Assembly (NCBI RefSeq): GCF_964204645.1
Contig: NW_027437460.1
Span: 33,001-97,000 of the forward strand
Source: Tubulanus polymorphus
Lineage: Eukaryota; Animalia; Nemertea
DNA length: 64,000 nt
Reading direction: 5' to 3'
A program made the translations under genes and the position numbers. The first letter of the stretch is position 1; each line of letters opens with the position of its first letter. The notes beneath the pieces are model-generated. The model did not search any database. It had not been told where the DNA came from and saw only the letters and a program-made list of their open reading frames with translations. Positions 15,001 through 30,000 of this stretch are shown one piece after another.

Positions 15001-18000
15001 AAATCAGTTCAGTTTACCTTAACCTATCATTTCAGATCGAATTCATCATCTTCAGGAGCATTTAGTAGCCAGAAAATTCTTAATATTTCCACCTATCTAT
15101 TTCAAATCAGTTCAATACGCCTAAACCCATCTTTTCAGATTGAAACCATCATCTTCAGAAGCAAAAGCAGCCAGAAAATTCTGAATCTTTCAAACAGTCT
15201 ATTGAAAATCAGTTCAGTACACCCTAACCCACCAATTAAGATAGAATTCATCATCTTTAGGACCATATTTAGCTAGAAAAATCTGTATCTTTCAACCCAT
15301 CTACTCGACATCAGTTTAGTTTACCTTAACCTATCATTTCAGATCGAATCCATCATCTTCAGGAGCATTTAGTAGCCAGAAAATTCTTAATCTTTCCACC
15401 TATCTATTTCAAATCAGTTCAATACGCCTAAACCCATCTTTTCAGATTGAATCCATCATCTTCAGAAGCAAAAGAAGCCAGAAAATTCTGAGTCTTTCAA
15501 ACAGTCTATTGAAAATCAGTTCAGTACACCCTAACCCACCAATTAAGATAGAATTCATCATCTTTAGGACCATATTTAGCTAGAAAAATCTGTATCTTTC
15601 AACCCATCTACTCGAAATCAGTTCAGTTTACCTTAACCTATCATTTCAGATCGAATCTATCATCTTCAGGAGCAAAAGTAGCTAGAAAATTCTTAATCTT
15701 TCCACCTATCTATTTCAAATCAGTTCAATACGCCTAAACCCATCTTTTCAGATTGAAACCATCATCTTCAGAAGCAAAAGCAGCCAGAAAATTCTGAATC
15801 TTTCAAACAGTCTATTGAAAATCAGTTCATTACACCCTAACCCACCAATTAAGATAGAATTCATCATCTTTAGGACCATATTTAGCTAGAAAAATCTGTA
15901 TCTTTCAACCCATCTACTCGAAATCAGTTCAGTTTACCTTAACCTATCATTTCAGATTGAATCTATCATCTTCAGGAGCAAAAGTAGCTAGAAAATTCTT
16001 AATCTTTCCACCTATCTATTTCAAATCAGTTCAATACGCCTAAACCCATCTTTTCAGATTGAATCCATCATCTTCAGAAGCAAAAGCAGCCAGAAAATTC
16101 TGAATCTTTCAAACAGTCTATTGAAAATCAGTTCAGTACTCCCTAACCCACCAATTAAGATAGAATTCATCATCTTTGGGACCATATTTAGCTAGAAAAA
16201 TCTGTATCTTTCAACCCATCTACTCGAAATCAGTTTAGTTTACCTTAACCTAGCATTTGAGATCGAATCCATCATCTTTAGGAGCAAAAGTAGCAAGAAA
16301 ATTCTTAATCTTTCCACCTATCTATTTCAAATCAGTTCAATACGCCAAAAACTATCTTTTCAGATTGAATCCATCACCTTCAGAAGCAAAAGAAGCCAGA
16401 AAATTCTGAATCTTTCAAACAGTCTATTGAAAATCAGTTCAGTACACCCTAACCCACCAATTAAGATAGAATTCATCATCTTTAGGACCATATTTAGCTA
16501 GAAAAATCTGTATCTTTCAACCCATCTACTCGAAATCAGTTCAGTTTACCTTAACCTATCATTTCAGATCGAATTCATCATCTTCAGGAGCATTTAGTAG
16601 CCAGAAAATTCTTAATCTTTCCACCTATCTATTTCAAATCAGTTCAATACGCCTAAACCCATCTTTTCAGATTGAATCCATCATCTTCAGAAGCAAAAGC
16701 AGCCAGAAAATCCTGAATCTTTCAAACAGTCTATTGAAAATCAGTTCAGTACACCCTAACCCACCAATTAAGATAGAATTCATCATCTTTAGGACCATAT
16801 TTAGCTAGAAAAATCTGTATCTTTCAACCGATCTACTCGAAATCAGTTCACTTTACCTTAACCAATCATTTCAGATCGAATCCATCATCTTCAGGAGCAA
16901 AAGTAGCTAGAAAATTCTTAATCTTTCCACCTATCTATTTGAAATCAGTTCAATACGCCTAAACCCATCTTTTCAGATTGAATCCATCATCTTCAGAAGC
17001 AAAAGCAGCCAGAAAATTCTGAATCTTTCAAACAGTCTATTGAAAATCAGTTCAGTACACCCTAACCCACCAATTAAGATAGATTCATCATCTTTAGGAC
17101 CATATTTAGCTAGAAAAATCTGTATCTTTCAACCCATCTACTCGAAATCAGTTCAGTTTACCTTAACCTATCATTTGAGATCGAATCCATCATCTTCAGG
17201 AGCATTTAGTAGCCAGAAAATTCTTAAACTTTCCACCTATCTATTTCAAATCAGTTCAATACGCCTAAACCCATCTTTTCAGATTGAATCCATCATCTTC
17301 AGAAGCAAAAGCAGCCAGAAAATTCTGAATCTTTCAAACAGTCTATTCAAAATCAGTTCAGTACACCCTAACCCACCAATTAAGATAGAATTCATCATCT
17401 TTAGGACCATATTTAGCTAGAAAAATCTGTATCTTTCAACCGATCTACTCGAAATCAGTTCAGTTTACCTTAACCTATCATTTCAGATCGAATCCATCAT
17501 CTTCAGGAGCAAAAAGTAGCTAGAAAATTCTTAATCTTTCCACCTATCTATTTCAAATCAGTTCAATACGCCTAAACCCATCTTTTCAGATTGAAAGCAT
17601 CATCTTCAGAAGCAAAAGCAGCCAGAAAATTCTGAATCTTTCAAACAGTCTATTGAAAATCAGTTCAGTACACCCTAACCCACCAATTAAGATAGAATTC
17701 ATCATCTTTAGGACCATATTTAGCTAGAAAAATCTGTATCTTTCAACCCATCAACTCGAAATCAGTTCAGTTTACCTTAACCTATCATTTCAGATTGAAT
17801 CTATCATCTTCAGGAGCAAAAGTAGCTAGAAAATTCGTAATCTTTCCACCTATCTATTTGAAATCAGTTCAATACGCCTAAACCCATCTTTTCAGATTGA
17901 ATCCATCATCTTCAGAAGCAAAAGCAGCCAGAAAATTCTGAATCTTTCAAACAGTCTATTGAAAATCAGTTCAGTACTCCCTAACCCACCAATTAAGATA

Positions 18001-21000
18001 GAATTCATCATCTTTAGGACCATATTTAGCTAGAAAAATCTGTATCTTTCAACCCATCTACTCGAAATCAGTTCAGTTTACCTTAACCTATCATTTCAGA
18101 TCGAATTCATCATCTTCAGGAGCATTTAGTAGCCAGAAAATTCTTAATATTTCCACCTATCTATTTCAAATCAGTTCAATACGCCTAAACCCATCTTTTC
18201 AGATTGAAACCATCATCTTCAGAAGCAAAAGCAGCCAGAAAATTCTGAATCTTTCAAACAGTCTATTGAAAATCAGTTCAGTACACCCTAACCCACCAAT
18301 TAAGATAGAATTCATCATCTTTAGGACCATATTTAGCTAGAAAAATCTGTATCTTTCAACCCATCTACTCGACATCAGTTTAGTTTACCTTAACCTATCA
18401 TTTCAGATCGAATCCATCATCTTCAGGAGCATTTAGTAGCCAGAAAATTCTTAATCTTTCCACCTATCTATTTCAAATCAGTTCAATACGCCTAAACCCA
18501 TCTTTTCAGATTGAATCCATCATCTTCAGAAGCAAAAGAAGCCAGAAAATTCTGAGTCTTTCAAACAGTCTATTGAAAATCAGTTCAGTACACCCTAACC
18601 CACCAATTAAGATAGAATTCATCATCTTTAGGACCATATTTAGCTAGAAAAATCTGTATCTTTCAACCCATCTACTCGAAATCAGTTCAGTTTACCTTAA
18701 CCTATCATTTCAGATCGAATCTATCATCTTCAGGAGCAAAAGTAGCTAGAAAATTCTTAATCTTTCCACCTATCTATTTCAAATCAGTTCAATACGCCTA
18801 AACCCATCTTTTCAGATTGAAACCATCATCTTCAGAAGCAAAAGCAGCCAGAAAATTCTGAATCTTTCAAACAGTCTATTGAAAATCAGTTCATTACACC
18901 CTAACCCACCAATTAAGATAGAATTCATCATCTTTAGGACCATATTTAGCTAGAAAAATCTGTATCTTTCAACCCATCTACTCGAAATCAGTTCAGTTTA
19001 CCTTAACCTATCATTTCAGATTGAATCTATCATCTTCAGGAGCAAAAGTAGCTAGAAAATTCTTAATCTTTCCACCTATCTATTTCAAATCAGTTCAATA
19101 CGCCTAAACCCATCTTTTCAGATTGAATCCATCATCTTCAGAAGCAAAAGCAGCCAGAAAATTCTGAATCTTTCAAACAGTCTATTGAAAATCAGTTCAG
19201 TACTCCCTAACCCACCAATTAAGATAGAATTCATCATCTTTGGGACCATATTTAGCTAGAAAAATCTGTATCTTTCAACCCATCTACTCGAAATCAGTTT
19301 AGTTTACCTTAACCTAGCATTTGAGATCGAATCCATCATCTTTAGGAGCAAAAGTAGCAAGAAAATTCTTAATCTTTCCACCTATCTATTTCAAATCAGT
19401 TCAATACGCCAAAAACTATCTTTTCAGATTGAATCCATCACCTTCAGAAGCAAAAGAAGCCAGAAAATTCTGAATCTTTCAAACAGTCTATTGAAAATCA
19501 GTTCAGTACACCCTAACCCACCAATTAAGATAGAATTCATCATCTTTAGGACCATATTTAGCTAGAAAAATCTGTATCTTTCAACCCATCTACTCGAAAT
19601 CAGTTCAGTTTACCTTAACCTATCATTTCAGATCGAATTCATCATCTTCAGGAGCATTTAGTAGCCAGAAAATTCTTAATCTTTCCACCTATCTATTTCA
19701 AATCAGTTCAATACGCCTAAACCCATCTTTTCAGATTGAATCCATCATCTTCAGAAGCAAAAGCAGCCAGAAAATCCTGAATCTTTCAAACAGTCTATTG
19801 AAAATCAGTTCAGTACACCCTAACCCACCAATTAAGATAGAATTCATCATCTTTAGGACCATATTTAGCTAGAAAAATCTGTATCTTTCAACCGATCTAC
19901 TCGAAATCAGTTCACTTTACCTTAACCAATCATTTCAGATCGAATCCATCATCTTCAGGAGCAAAAGTAGCTAGAAAATTCTTAATCTTTCCACCTATCT
20001 ATTTGAAATCAGTTCAATACGCCTAAACCCATCTTTTCAGATTGAATCCATCATCTTCAGAAGCAAAAGCAGCCAGAAAATCCTGAATCTTTCAAACAGT
20101 CTATTGAAAATCAGTTCAGTACACCCTAACCCACCAATTAAGATAGAATTCATCATCTTTAGGACCATATTTAGCTAGAAAAATCTGTATCTTTCAACCG
20201 ATCTACTCGAAATCAGTTCACTTTACCTTAACCAATCATTTCAGATCGAATCCATCATCTTCAGGAGCAAAAGTAGCTAGAAAATTCTTAATCTTTCCAC
20301 CTATCTATTTGAAATCAGTTCAATACGCCTAAACCCATCTTTTCAGATTGAATCCATCATCTTCAGAAGCAAAAGCAGCCAGAAAATTCTGAATCTTTCA
20401 AACAGTCTATTGAAAATCAGTTCAGTACACCCTAACCCACCAATTAAGATAGATTCATCATCTTTAGGACCATATTTAGCTAGAAAAATCTGTATCTTTC
20501 AACCCATCTACTCGAAATCAGTTCAGTTTACCTTAACCTATCATTTGAGATCGAATCCATCATCTTCAGGAGCATTTAGTAGCCAGAAAATTCTTAAACT
20601 TTCCACCTATCTATTTCAAATCAGTTCAATACGCCTAAACCCATCTTTTCAGATTGAATCCATCATCTTCAGAAGCAAAAGCAGCCAGAAAATTCTGAAT
20701 CTTTCAAACAGTCTATTCAAAATCAGTTCAGTACACCCTAACCCACCAATTAAGATAGAATTCATCATCTTTAGGACCATATTTAGCTAGAAAAATCTGT
20801 ATCTTTCAACCGATCTACTCGAAATCAGTTCAGTTTACCTTAACCTATCATTTCAGATCGAATCCATCATCTTCAGGAGCAAAAAGTAGCTAGAAAATTA
20901 TTAATCTTTCCACCTATCTATTTCAAATCAGTTCAATACGCCTAAACCCATCTTTTCAGATTGAAAGCATCATCTTCAGAAGCAAAAGCAGCCAGAAAAT

Positions 21001-24000
21001 TCTGAATCTTTCAAACAGTCTATTGAAAATCAGTTCAGTACACCCTAACCCACCAATTAAGATAGAATTCATCATCTTTAGGACCATATTTAGCTAGAAA
21101 AATCTGTATCTTTCAACCCATCAACTCGAAATCAGTTCAGTTTACCTTAACCTATCATTTCAGATTGAATCTATCATCTTCAGGAGCAAAAGTAGCTAGA
21201 AAATTCGTAATCTTTCCACCTATCTATTTGAAATCAGTTCAATACGCCTAAACCCATCTTTTCAGATTGAATCCATCATCTTCAGAAGCAAAAGCAGCCA
21301 GAAAATTCTGAATCTTTCAAACAGTCTATTGAAAATCAGTTCAGTACTCCCTAACCCACCAATTAAGATAGAATTCATCATCTTTAGGACCATATTTAGC
21401 TAGAAAAATCTGTATCTTTCAACCCATCTACTCGAAATCAGTTCAGTTTACCTTAACCTATCATTTCAGATCGAATTCATCATCTTCAGGAGCATTTAGT
21501 AGCCAGAAAATTCTTAATATTTCCACCTATCTATTTCAAATCAGTTCAATACGCCTAAACCCATCTTTTCAGATTGAAACCATCATCTTCAGAAGCAAAA
21601 GCAGCCAGAAAATTCTGAATCTTTCAAACAGTCTATTGAAAATCAGTTCAGTACACCCTAACCCACCAATTAAGATAGAATTCATCATCTTTAGGACCAT
21701 ATTTAGCTAGAAAAATCTGTATCTTTCAACCCATCTACTCGACATCAGTTTAGTTTACCTTAACCTATCATTTCAGATCGAATCCATCATCTTCAGGAGC
21801 ATTTAGTAGCCAGAAAATTCTTAATCTTTCCACCTATCTATTTCAAATCAGTTCAATACGCCTAAACCCATCTTTTCAGATTGAATCCATCATCTTCAGA
21901 AGCAAAAGAAGCCAGAAAATTCTGAGTCTTTCAAACAGTCTATTGAAAATCAGTTCAGTACACCCTAACCCACCAATTAAGATAGAATTCATCATCTTTA
22001 GGACCATATTTAGCTAGAAAAATCTGTATCTTTCAACCCATCTACTCGAAATCAGTTGAGTTTACCTTAACCTATCATTTCAGATCGAATCTATCATCTT
22101 CAGGAGCAAAAGTAGCTAGAAAATTCTTAATCTTTCCACCTATCTATTTCAAATCAGTTCAATACGCCTAAACCCATCTTTTCAGATTGAAACCATCATC
22201 TTCAGAAGCAAAAGCAGCCAGAAAATTCTGAATCTTTCAAACAGTCTATTGAAAATCAGTTCATTACACCCTAACCCACCAATTAAGATAGAATTCATCA
22301 TCTTTAGGACCATATTTAGCTAGAAAAATCTGTATCTTTCAACCCATCTACTCGAAATCAGTTCAGTTTACCTTAACCTATCATTTCAGATTGAATCTAT
22401 CATCTTCAGGAGCAAAAGTAGCTAGAAAATTCTTAATCTTTCCACCTATCTATTTCAAATCAGTTCAATACGCCTAAACCCATCTTTTCAGATTGAATCC
22501 ATCATCTTCAGAAGCAAAAGCAGCCAGAAAATTCTGAATCTTTCAAACAGTCTATTGAAAATCAGTTCAGTACTCCCTAACCCACCAATTAAGATAGAAT
22601 TCATCATCTTTGGGACCATATTTAGCTAGAAAAATCTGTATCTTTCAACCCATCTACTCGAAATCAGTTTAGTTTACCTTAACCTAGCATTTGAGATCGA
22701 ATCCATCATCTTTAGGAGCAAAAGTAGCAAGAAAATTCTTAATCTTTCCACCTATCTATTTCAAATCAGTTCAATACGCCAAAAACTATCTTTTCAGATT
22801 GAATCCATCACCTTCAGAAGCAAAAGAAGCCAGAAAATTCTGAATCTTTCAAACAGTCTATTGAAAATCAGTTCAGTACACCCTAACCCACCAATTAAGA
22901 TAGAATTCATCATCTTTAGGACCATATTTAGCTAGAAAAATCTGTATCTTTCAACCCATCTACTCGAAATCAGTTCAGTTTACCTTAACCTATCATTTCA
23001 GATCGAATTCATCATCTTCAGGAGCATTTAGTAGCCAGAAAATTCTTAATCTTTCCACCTATCTATTTCAAATCAGTTCAATACGCCTAAACCCATCTTT
23101 TCAGATTGAAACCATCATCTTCAGAAGCAAAAGCAGCCAGAAAATTCTGAATCTTTCAAACAGTCTATTGAAAATCAGTTCAGTACACCCTAACCCACCA
23201 ATTAAGATAGAATTCATCATCTTTAGGACCATATTTAGCTAGAAAAATCTGTATCTTTCAACCCATCTACTCGAAATCAGTTCAGTTTACCTTAACCTAT
23301 CATTTCAGATCGAATCCATCCTCTTCAGGAGCAAAAAGTAGCTAGAAAATTCTTAATCTTTTCACCTATCTATTTCAAAGCAGTTCAATACGCCTAAACC
23401 CATCTTTTCAGATTGAAAGCATCATCTTCAGAAGCAAAAGCAGCCAGAAAATTCTGAATCTTTCAAACAGTCTATTGAAAATCAGTTCAGTACACCCTAA
23501 CCCACCAATTAAGATAGAATTCATCATCTTTAGGACCATATTTAGCTAGAAAAATCTGTATCTTTCAACCCATCTACTCGACATCAGTTTAGTTTACCTT
23601 AACCTATCATTTCAGATCGAATCCATCATCTTCAGGAGCATTTAGTAGCCAGAAAATTCTTAATCTTTCCACCTATCTATTTCAAATCAGTTCAATACGC
23701 CTAAACCCATCTTTTCAGATTGAATCCATCATCTTCAGAAGCAAAAGAAGCCAGAAAATTCTGAGTCTTTCAAACAGTCTATTGAAAATCAGTTCAGTAC
23801 ACCCTAACCCACCAATTAAGATAGAATTCATCATCTTTAGGACCATATTTAGCTAGAAAAATCTGTATCTTTCAACCCATCTACTCGAAATCAGTTCAGT
23901 TTACCTTAACCTATCATTTGAGATCGAATCCATCATCTTCAGGAGCATTTAGTAGCCAGAAAATTCTTAAACTTTCCACCTATCTATTTCAAATCAGTTC

Positions 24001-27000
24001 AATACGCCTAAACCCATCTTTTCAGATTGAATCCATCATCTTCAGAAGCAAAAGCAGCCAGAAAATTCTGAATCTTTCAAACAGTCTATTCAAAATCAGT
24101 TCAGTACACCCTAACCCACCAATTAAGATAGAATTCATCATCTTTGGGACCATATTTAGCTAGAAAAATCTGTATCTTTCAACCCATCTACTCGAAATCA
24201 GTTTAGTTTACCTTAACCTAGCATTTGAGATCGAATCCATCATCTTTAGGAGCAAAAGTAGCAAGAAAATTCTTAATCTTTCCACCTATCTATTTCAAAT
24301 CAGTTCAATACGCCAAAAACTATCTTTTCAGATTGAATCCATCATCTTCAGAAGCAAAAGCAGCCAGAAAATTCTGAATCTTTCAAACAGTCTATTGAAA
24401 ATCAGTTCAGTACTCCCTAACCCACCAATTAAGATAGAATTCATCATCTTTGGGACCATATTTAGCTAGAAAAATCTGTATCTTTCAACCCATCTACTCG
24501 AAATCAGTTTAGTTTACCTTAACCTAGCATTTGAGATCGAATCCATCATCTTTAGGAGCAAAAGTAGTAAGAAAATTCTTAATCTTTCCACCTATCTATT
24601 TCAAATCAGTTCAATACGCCAAAAACTATCTTTTCAGATTGAATCCATCACCTTCAGAAGCAAAAGAAGCCAGAAAATTCTGAATCTTTCAAACAGTCTA
24701 TTGAAAATCAGTTCAGTACACCCTAACCCACCAATTAAGATAGAATTCATCATCTTTAGGACCATATTTAGCTAGAAAAATCTGTATCTTTCAACCCATC
24801 TACTCGAAATCAGTTCAGTTTACCTTAACCTATCATTTCAGATCGAATTCATCATCTTCAGGAGCATTTAGTAGCCAGAAAATTCTTAATCTTTCCACCT
24901 ATCTATTTCAAATCAGTTCAATACGCCTAAACCCATCTTTTCAGATTGAAACCATCATCTTCAGAAGCAAAAGCAGCCAGAAAATTCTGAATCTTTCAAA
25001 CAGTCTATTGAAAATCAGTTCAGTACACCCTAACCCACCAATTAAGATAGAATTCATCATCTTTAGGACCATATTTAGCTAGAAAAATCTGTATCTTTCA
25101 ACCCATCTACTCGAAATCAGTTCAGTTTACCTTAACCTATCATTTCAGATCGAATCCATCCTCTTCAGGAGCAAAAAGTAGCTAGAAAATTCTTAATCTT
25201 TCCACCTATCTATTTCAAAGCAGTTCAATACGCCTAAACCCATCTTTTCAGATTGAAAGCATCATCTTCAGAAGCAAAAGCAGCCAGAAAATTCTGAATC
25301 TTTCAAACAGTCTATTGAAAATCAGTTCAGTACACCCTAACCCACCAATTAAGATAGAATTCATCATCTTTAGGACCATATTTAGCTAGAAAAATCTGTA
25401 TCTTTCAACCCATCTACTCGAAATCAGTTCAGTTTACCTTAACCTATCATTTCAGATTGAATCTATCATCTTCAGGAGCAAAAGTAGCTAGAAAATTCTT
25501 AATTTTTCCACCTATCTATTTCAAATCAGTTCAATACGCCTAAACCCATCTTTTCAGATTGAATCCATCATCTTCAGAAGCAAAAGCAGCCAGAAAATTC
25601 TGAATCTTTCAAACAGTCTATTGAAAATCAGTTCAGTACACCCTAACCCACCAATTAAGATAGAATTCATCATCTTTAGGACCATATTTAGCTAGAAAAA
25701 TCTGTATCTTTCAACCCATCTACTCGAAATCAGTTCAGTTTACCTTAACCTATCATTTCAGATCGAATCCATCATCTTCAGGAGCATTTAGTAGCCAGAA
25801 AATTCTTAATCTTTCCACCTATCTATTTCAAATCAGTTCAATACGCCTAAACCCATCTTTTCAGATTGAATCCATCATCTTCAGAAGCAAAAGCAGCCAG
25901 AAAATCCTGAATCTTTCAAACAGTCTATTGAAAATCAGTTCAGTACACCCTAACCCACCAATTAAGATAGAATTCATCATCTTTAGGACCATATTTAGCT
26001 AGAAAAATCTGTATCTTTCAACCGATCTACTCGAAATCAGTTCACTTTACCTTAACCAATCATTTCAGATCGAATCCATCATCTTCAGGAGCAAAAGTAG
26101 CTAGAAAATTCTTAATCTTTCCACCTATCTATTTGAAATCAGTTCAATACGCCTAAACCCATCTTTTCAGATTGAATCCATCATCTTCAGAAGCAAAAGC
26201 AGCCAGAAAATTCTGAATCTTTCAAACAGTCTATTGAAAATCAGTTCAGTACACCCTAACCCACCAATTAAGATAGATTCATCATCTTTAGGACCATATT
26301 TAGCTAGAAAAATCTGTATCTTTCAACCCATCTACTCGAAATCAGTTCAGTTTACCTTAACCTATCATTTCAGATCGAATCCATCATCTTCAGGAGCATT
26401 TAGTAGCCAGAAAATTCTTAATCTTTCCACCTATCTATTTCAAATCAGTTCAATACGCCTAAACCCATCTTTTCAGATTGAATCCATCATCTTCAGAAGC
26501 AAAAGCAGCCAGAAAATTCTGAATCTTTCAAACAGTCTATTGAAAATCAGTTCAGTACACCCTAACCCACCAATTAAGATAGAATTCATCATCTTTAGGA
26601 CCATATTTAGCTAGAAAAATCTGTATCTTTCAACCGATCTACTCGAAATCAGTTCAATTTACCTTAACCAATCATTTCAGATCGAATCCATCATCTTCAG
26701 GAGCAAAAAGTAGCTAGAAAATTCTTAATCTTTCCACCTATCTATTTCAAATCAGTTCAATATGCCTAAACCCATCTTTTCAGATTGAATCCATCATCTT
26801 CAGAAGCAAAAGCAGCCAGAAAATCCTGAATCTTTCAAACAGTCTATTCAAAATCAGTTCAGTACACCCTAACACACCAATTAAGATAGAATTCATCATC
26901 TTTAGGACCATATTTAGCTAGAAAAATCTGTATCTTTCAACCCATCTACTCGAAATCAGTTCAGTTTACCTTAACCTATCATTTCAGATCGAATCCATCA

Positions 27001-30000
27001 TCTTCAGGAGCATTTAGTAGCCAGAAAATTCTTAATCTTTCCACCTATCTATTTCAAATCAGTTCAATACGCCTAAACCCATCTTTTCGGATTGAAAGCA
27101 TCATCTTCAGAAGCAAAAGCAGCCAGAAAATTCTGAATCTTTCAAACAGTCTATTGAAAATCAGTTCAGTACACCCTAACCCACCAATTAAGATAGAATT
27201 CATCATCTTTAGGACCATATTTAGCTAGAAAAATCTGTATCTTTCAACCGATCTACTCGAAATCAGTTCAGTTTACCTTAACCTATCATTTGAGATCGAA
27301 TCCATCATCTTCAGAAGCAAAAGCAGCCAGAAAATTCTGAATCTTTCAAACAGTCTATTGAAAATCAGTTCAGTACTCCCTAACCCACCAATTAAGATAG
27401 AATTCATCATCTTTAGGACCATATTTAGCTAGAAAAATCTGTATCTTTCAACCCATCTACTCGAAATCAGTTCAGTTTACCTTAACCTATCATTTCAGAT
27501 CGAATTCATCATCTTCAGGAGCATTTAGTAGCCAGAAAATTCTTAATCTTTCCACCTATCTATTTCAAATCAGTTCAATACGCCTAAACCCATCTTTTCG
27601 GATTGAAAGCATCATCTTCAGAAGCAAAAGCAGCCAGAAAATTCTGAATCTTTCAAACAGTCTATTGAAAATCAGTTCAGTACACCCTAACCCACCAATT
27701 AAGATAGAATTCATCATCTTTAGGACCATATTTAGCTAGAAAAATCTGTATCTTTCAACCGATCTACTCGAAATCAGTTCAGTTTACCTTAACCTATCAT
27801 TTGAGATCGAATCCATCATCTTCAGAAGCAAAAGCAGCCAGAAAATTCTGAATCTTTCAAACAGTCTATTGAAAATCAGTTCAGTACTCCCTAACCCACC
27901 AATTAAGATAGAATTCATCATCTTTAGGACCATATTTAGCTAGAAAAATCTGTATCTTTCAACCCATCTACTCGAAATCAGTTCAGTTTACCTTAACCTA
28001 TCATTTCAGATCGAATTCATCATCTTCAGGAGCATTTAGTAGCCAGAAAATTCTTAATCTTTCCACCTATCTATTTCAAATCAGTTCAATACGCCTAAAC
28101 CCATCTTTTCAGATTGAATCCATCATCTTCAGAAGCAAAAGAAGCCAGAAAATTCTGAATCTTTCAAACAGTCTATTGAAAATCAGTTCAGTACTCCCTA
28201 ACCCACCAATTAAGATAGAATTCATCATCTTTAGGACCATATTTAGCTAGAAAAATCTGTATCTTTCAACCCATCTACTCGAAATCAGTTCAGTTTACCT
28301 TAACCTATCATTTCAGATCGAATTCATCATCTTCAGGAGCATTTAGTAGCCAGAAAATTCTTAATCTTTCCACCTATCTATTTCAAATCAGTTCAATACG
28401 CCTAAACCCATCTTTTCAGATTGAATCCATCATCTTCAGAAGCAAAAGAAGCCAGAAAATTCTGAATCTTTCAAACAGTCTATTGAAAATCAGTTCAGTA
28501 CACCCTAACCCACCAATTAAGATAGAATTCATCATCTTTAGGACCATATTTAGCTAGAAAAATCTGTATCTTTCAACCCATCTACTCGAAATCAGTTCAG
28601 TTTACCTTAACCTATCATTTCAGATCGAATCCATCATCTTCAGGAGCATGTAGTAGCCAGAAAATTCTTAATCTTTCCACCTATCTATTTCAAATCAGTT
28701 CAATACGCCTAAACCCATCTTTTCAGATTGAATCCATCATCTTCAGAAGCAAAAGCAGCCAGAAAATTCTGAATCTTTCAAACAGTCTATTGAAAATCAG
28801 TTCAGTACTCCCTAACCCACCAATTAAGATAGAATTCATCATCTTTGGGACCATATTTAGCTAGAAAAATCTGTATCTTTCAACCCATCTACTCGAAATC
28901 AGTTTAGTTTACCTTAACCTAGCATTTGAGATCGAATCCATCATCTTTAGGAGCAAAAGTAGCAAGAAAATTCTTAATCTTTCCACCTATCTATTTCAAA
29001 TCAGTTCAATACGCCAAAAACTATCTTTTATAGATTGAATCCATCACCTTCAGAAGCAAAAGAAGCCAGAAAATTCTGAATCTTTCAAACAGTCTATTGA
29101 AAATCAGTTCAGTACACCCTAACCCACCAATTAAGATAGAATTCATCATCTTTAGGACCATATTTAGCTAGAAAAATCTGTATCTTTCAACCCATCTACT
29201 CGAAATCAGTTCAGTTTACCTTAACCTATCATTTCAGATCGAATTCATCATCTTCAGGAGCATTTAGTAGCCAGAAAATTCTTAATCTTTCCACCTATCT
29301 ATTTCAAATCAGTTCAATACGCCTAAACCCATCTTTTCAGATTGAATCCATCATCTTCAGAAGCAAAAGCAGCCAGAAAATTCTGAATCTTTCAAACAGT
29401 CTATTGAAAATCAGTTCAGTACACCCTAACCCACCAATTAAGATAGAATTCATCATCTTTAGGACCATATTTAGCTAGAAAAATCTGTATCTTTCAACCC
29501 ATCTACTCGAAATCAGTTCAGTTTACCTTAACCTATCATTTCAGATCGAATCCATCCTCTTCAGGAGCAAAAAGTAGCTAGAAAATTCTTAATCTTTCCA
29601 CCTATCTATTTCAAAGCAGTTCAATACGCCTAAACCCATCTTTTCAGATTGAAAGCATCATCTTCAGAAGCAAAAGCAGCCAGAAAATTCTGAATCTTTC
29701 AAACAGTCTATTGAAAATCAGTTCAGTACACCCTAACCCACCAATTAAGATAGATTCATCATCTTTAGGACCATATTTAGCTAGAAAAATCTGTATCTTT
29801 CAACCCATCTACTCGAAATCAGTTCAGTTTACCTTAACCTATCATTTCAGATCGAATCCATCATCTTCAGGAGCAAAAAGTAGCTAGAAAATTCTTAATC
29901 TTTCCACCTATCTATTTCAAATCAGTTCAATACGCCTAAACCCATCTTTTCAGATTGAATCCATCATCTTCAGAAGCAAAAGCAGCCAGAAAATTCTGAA

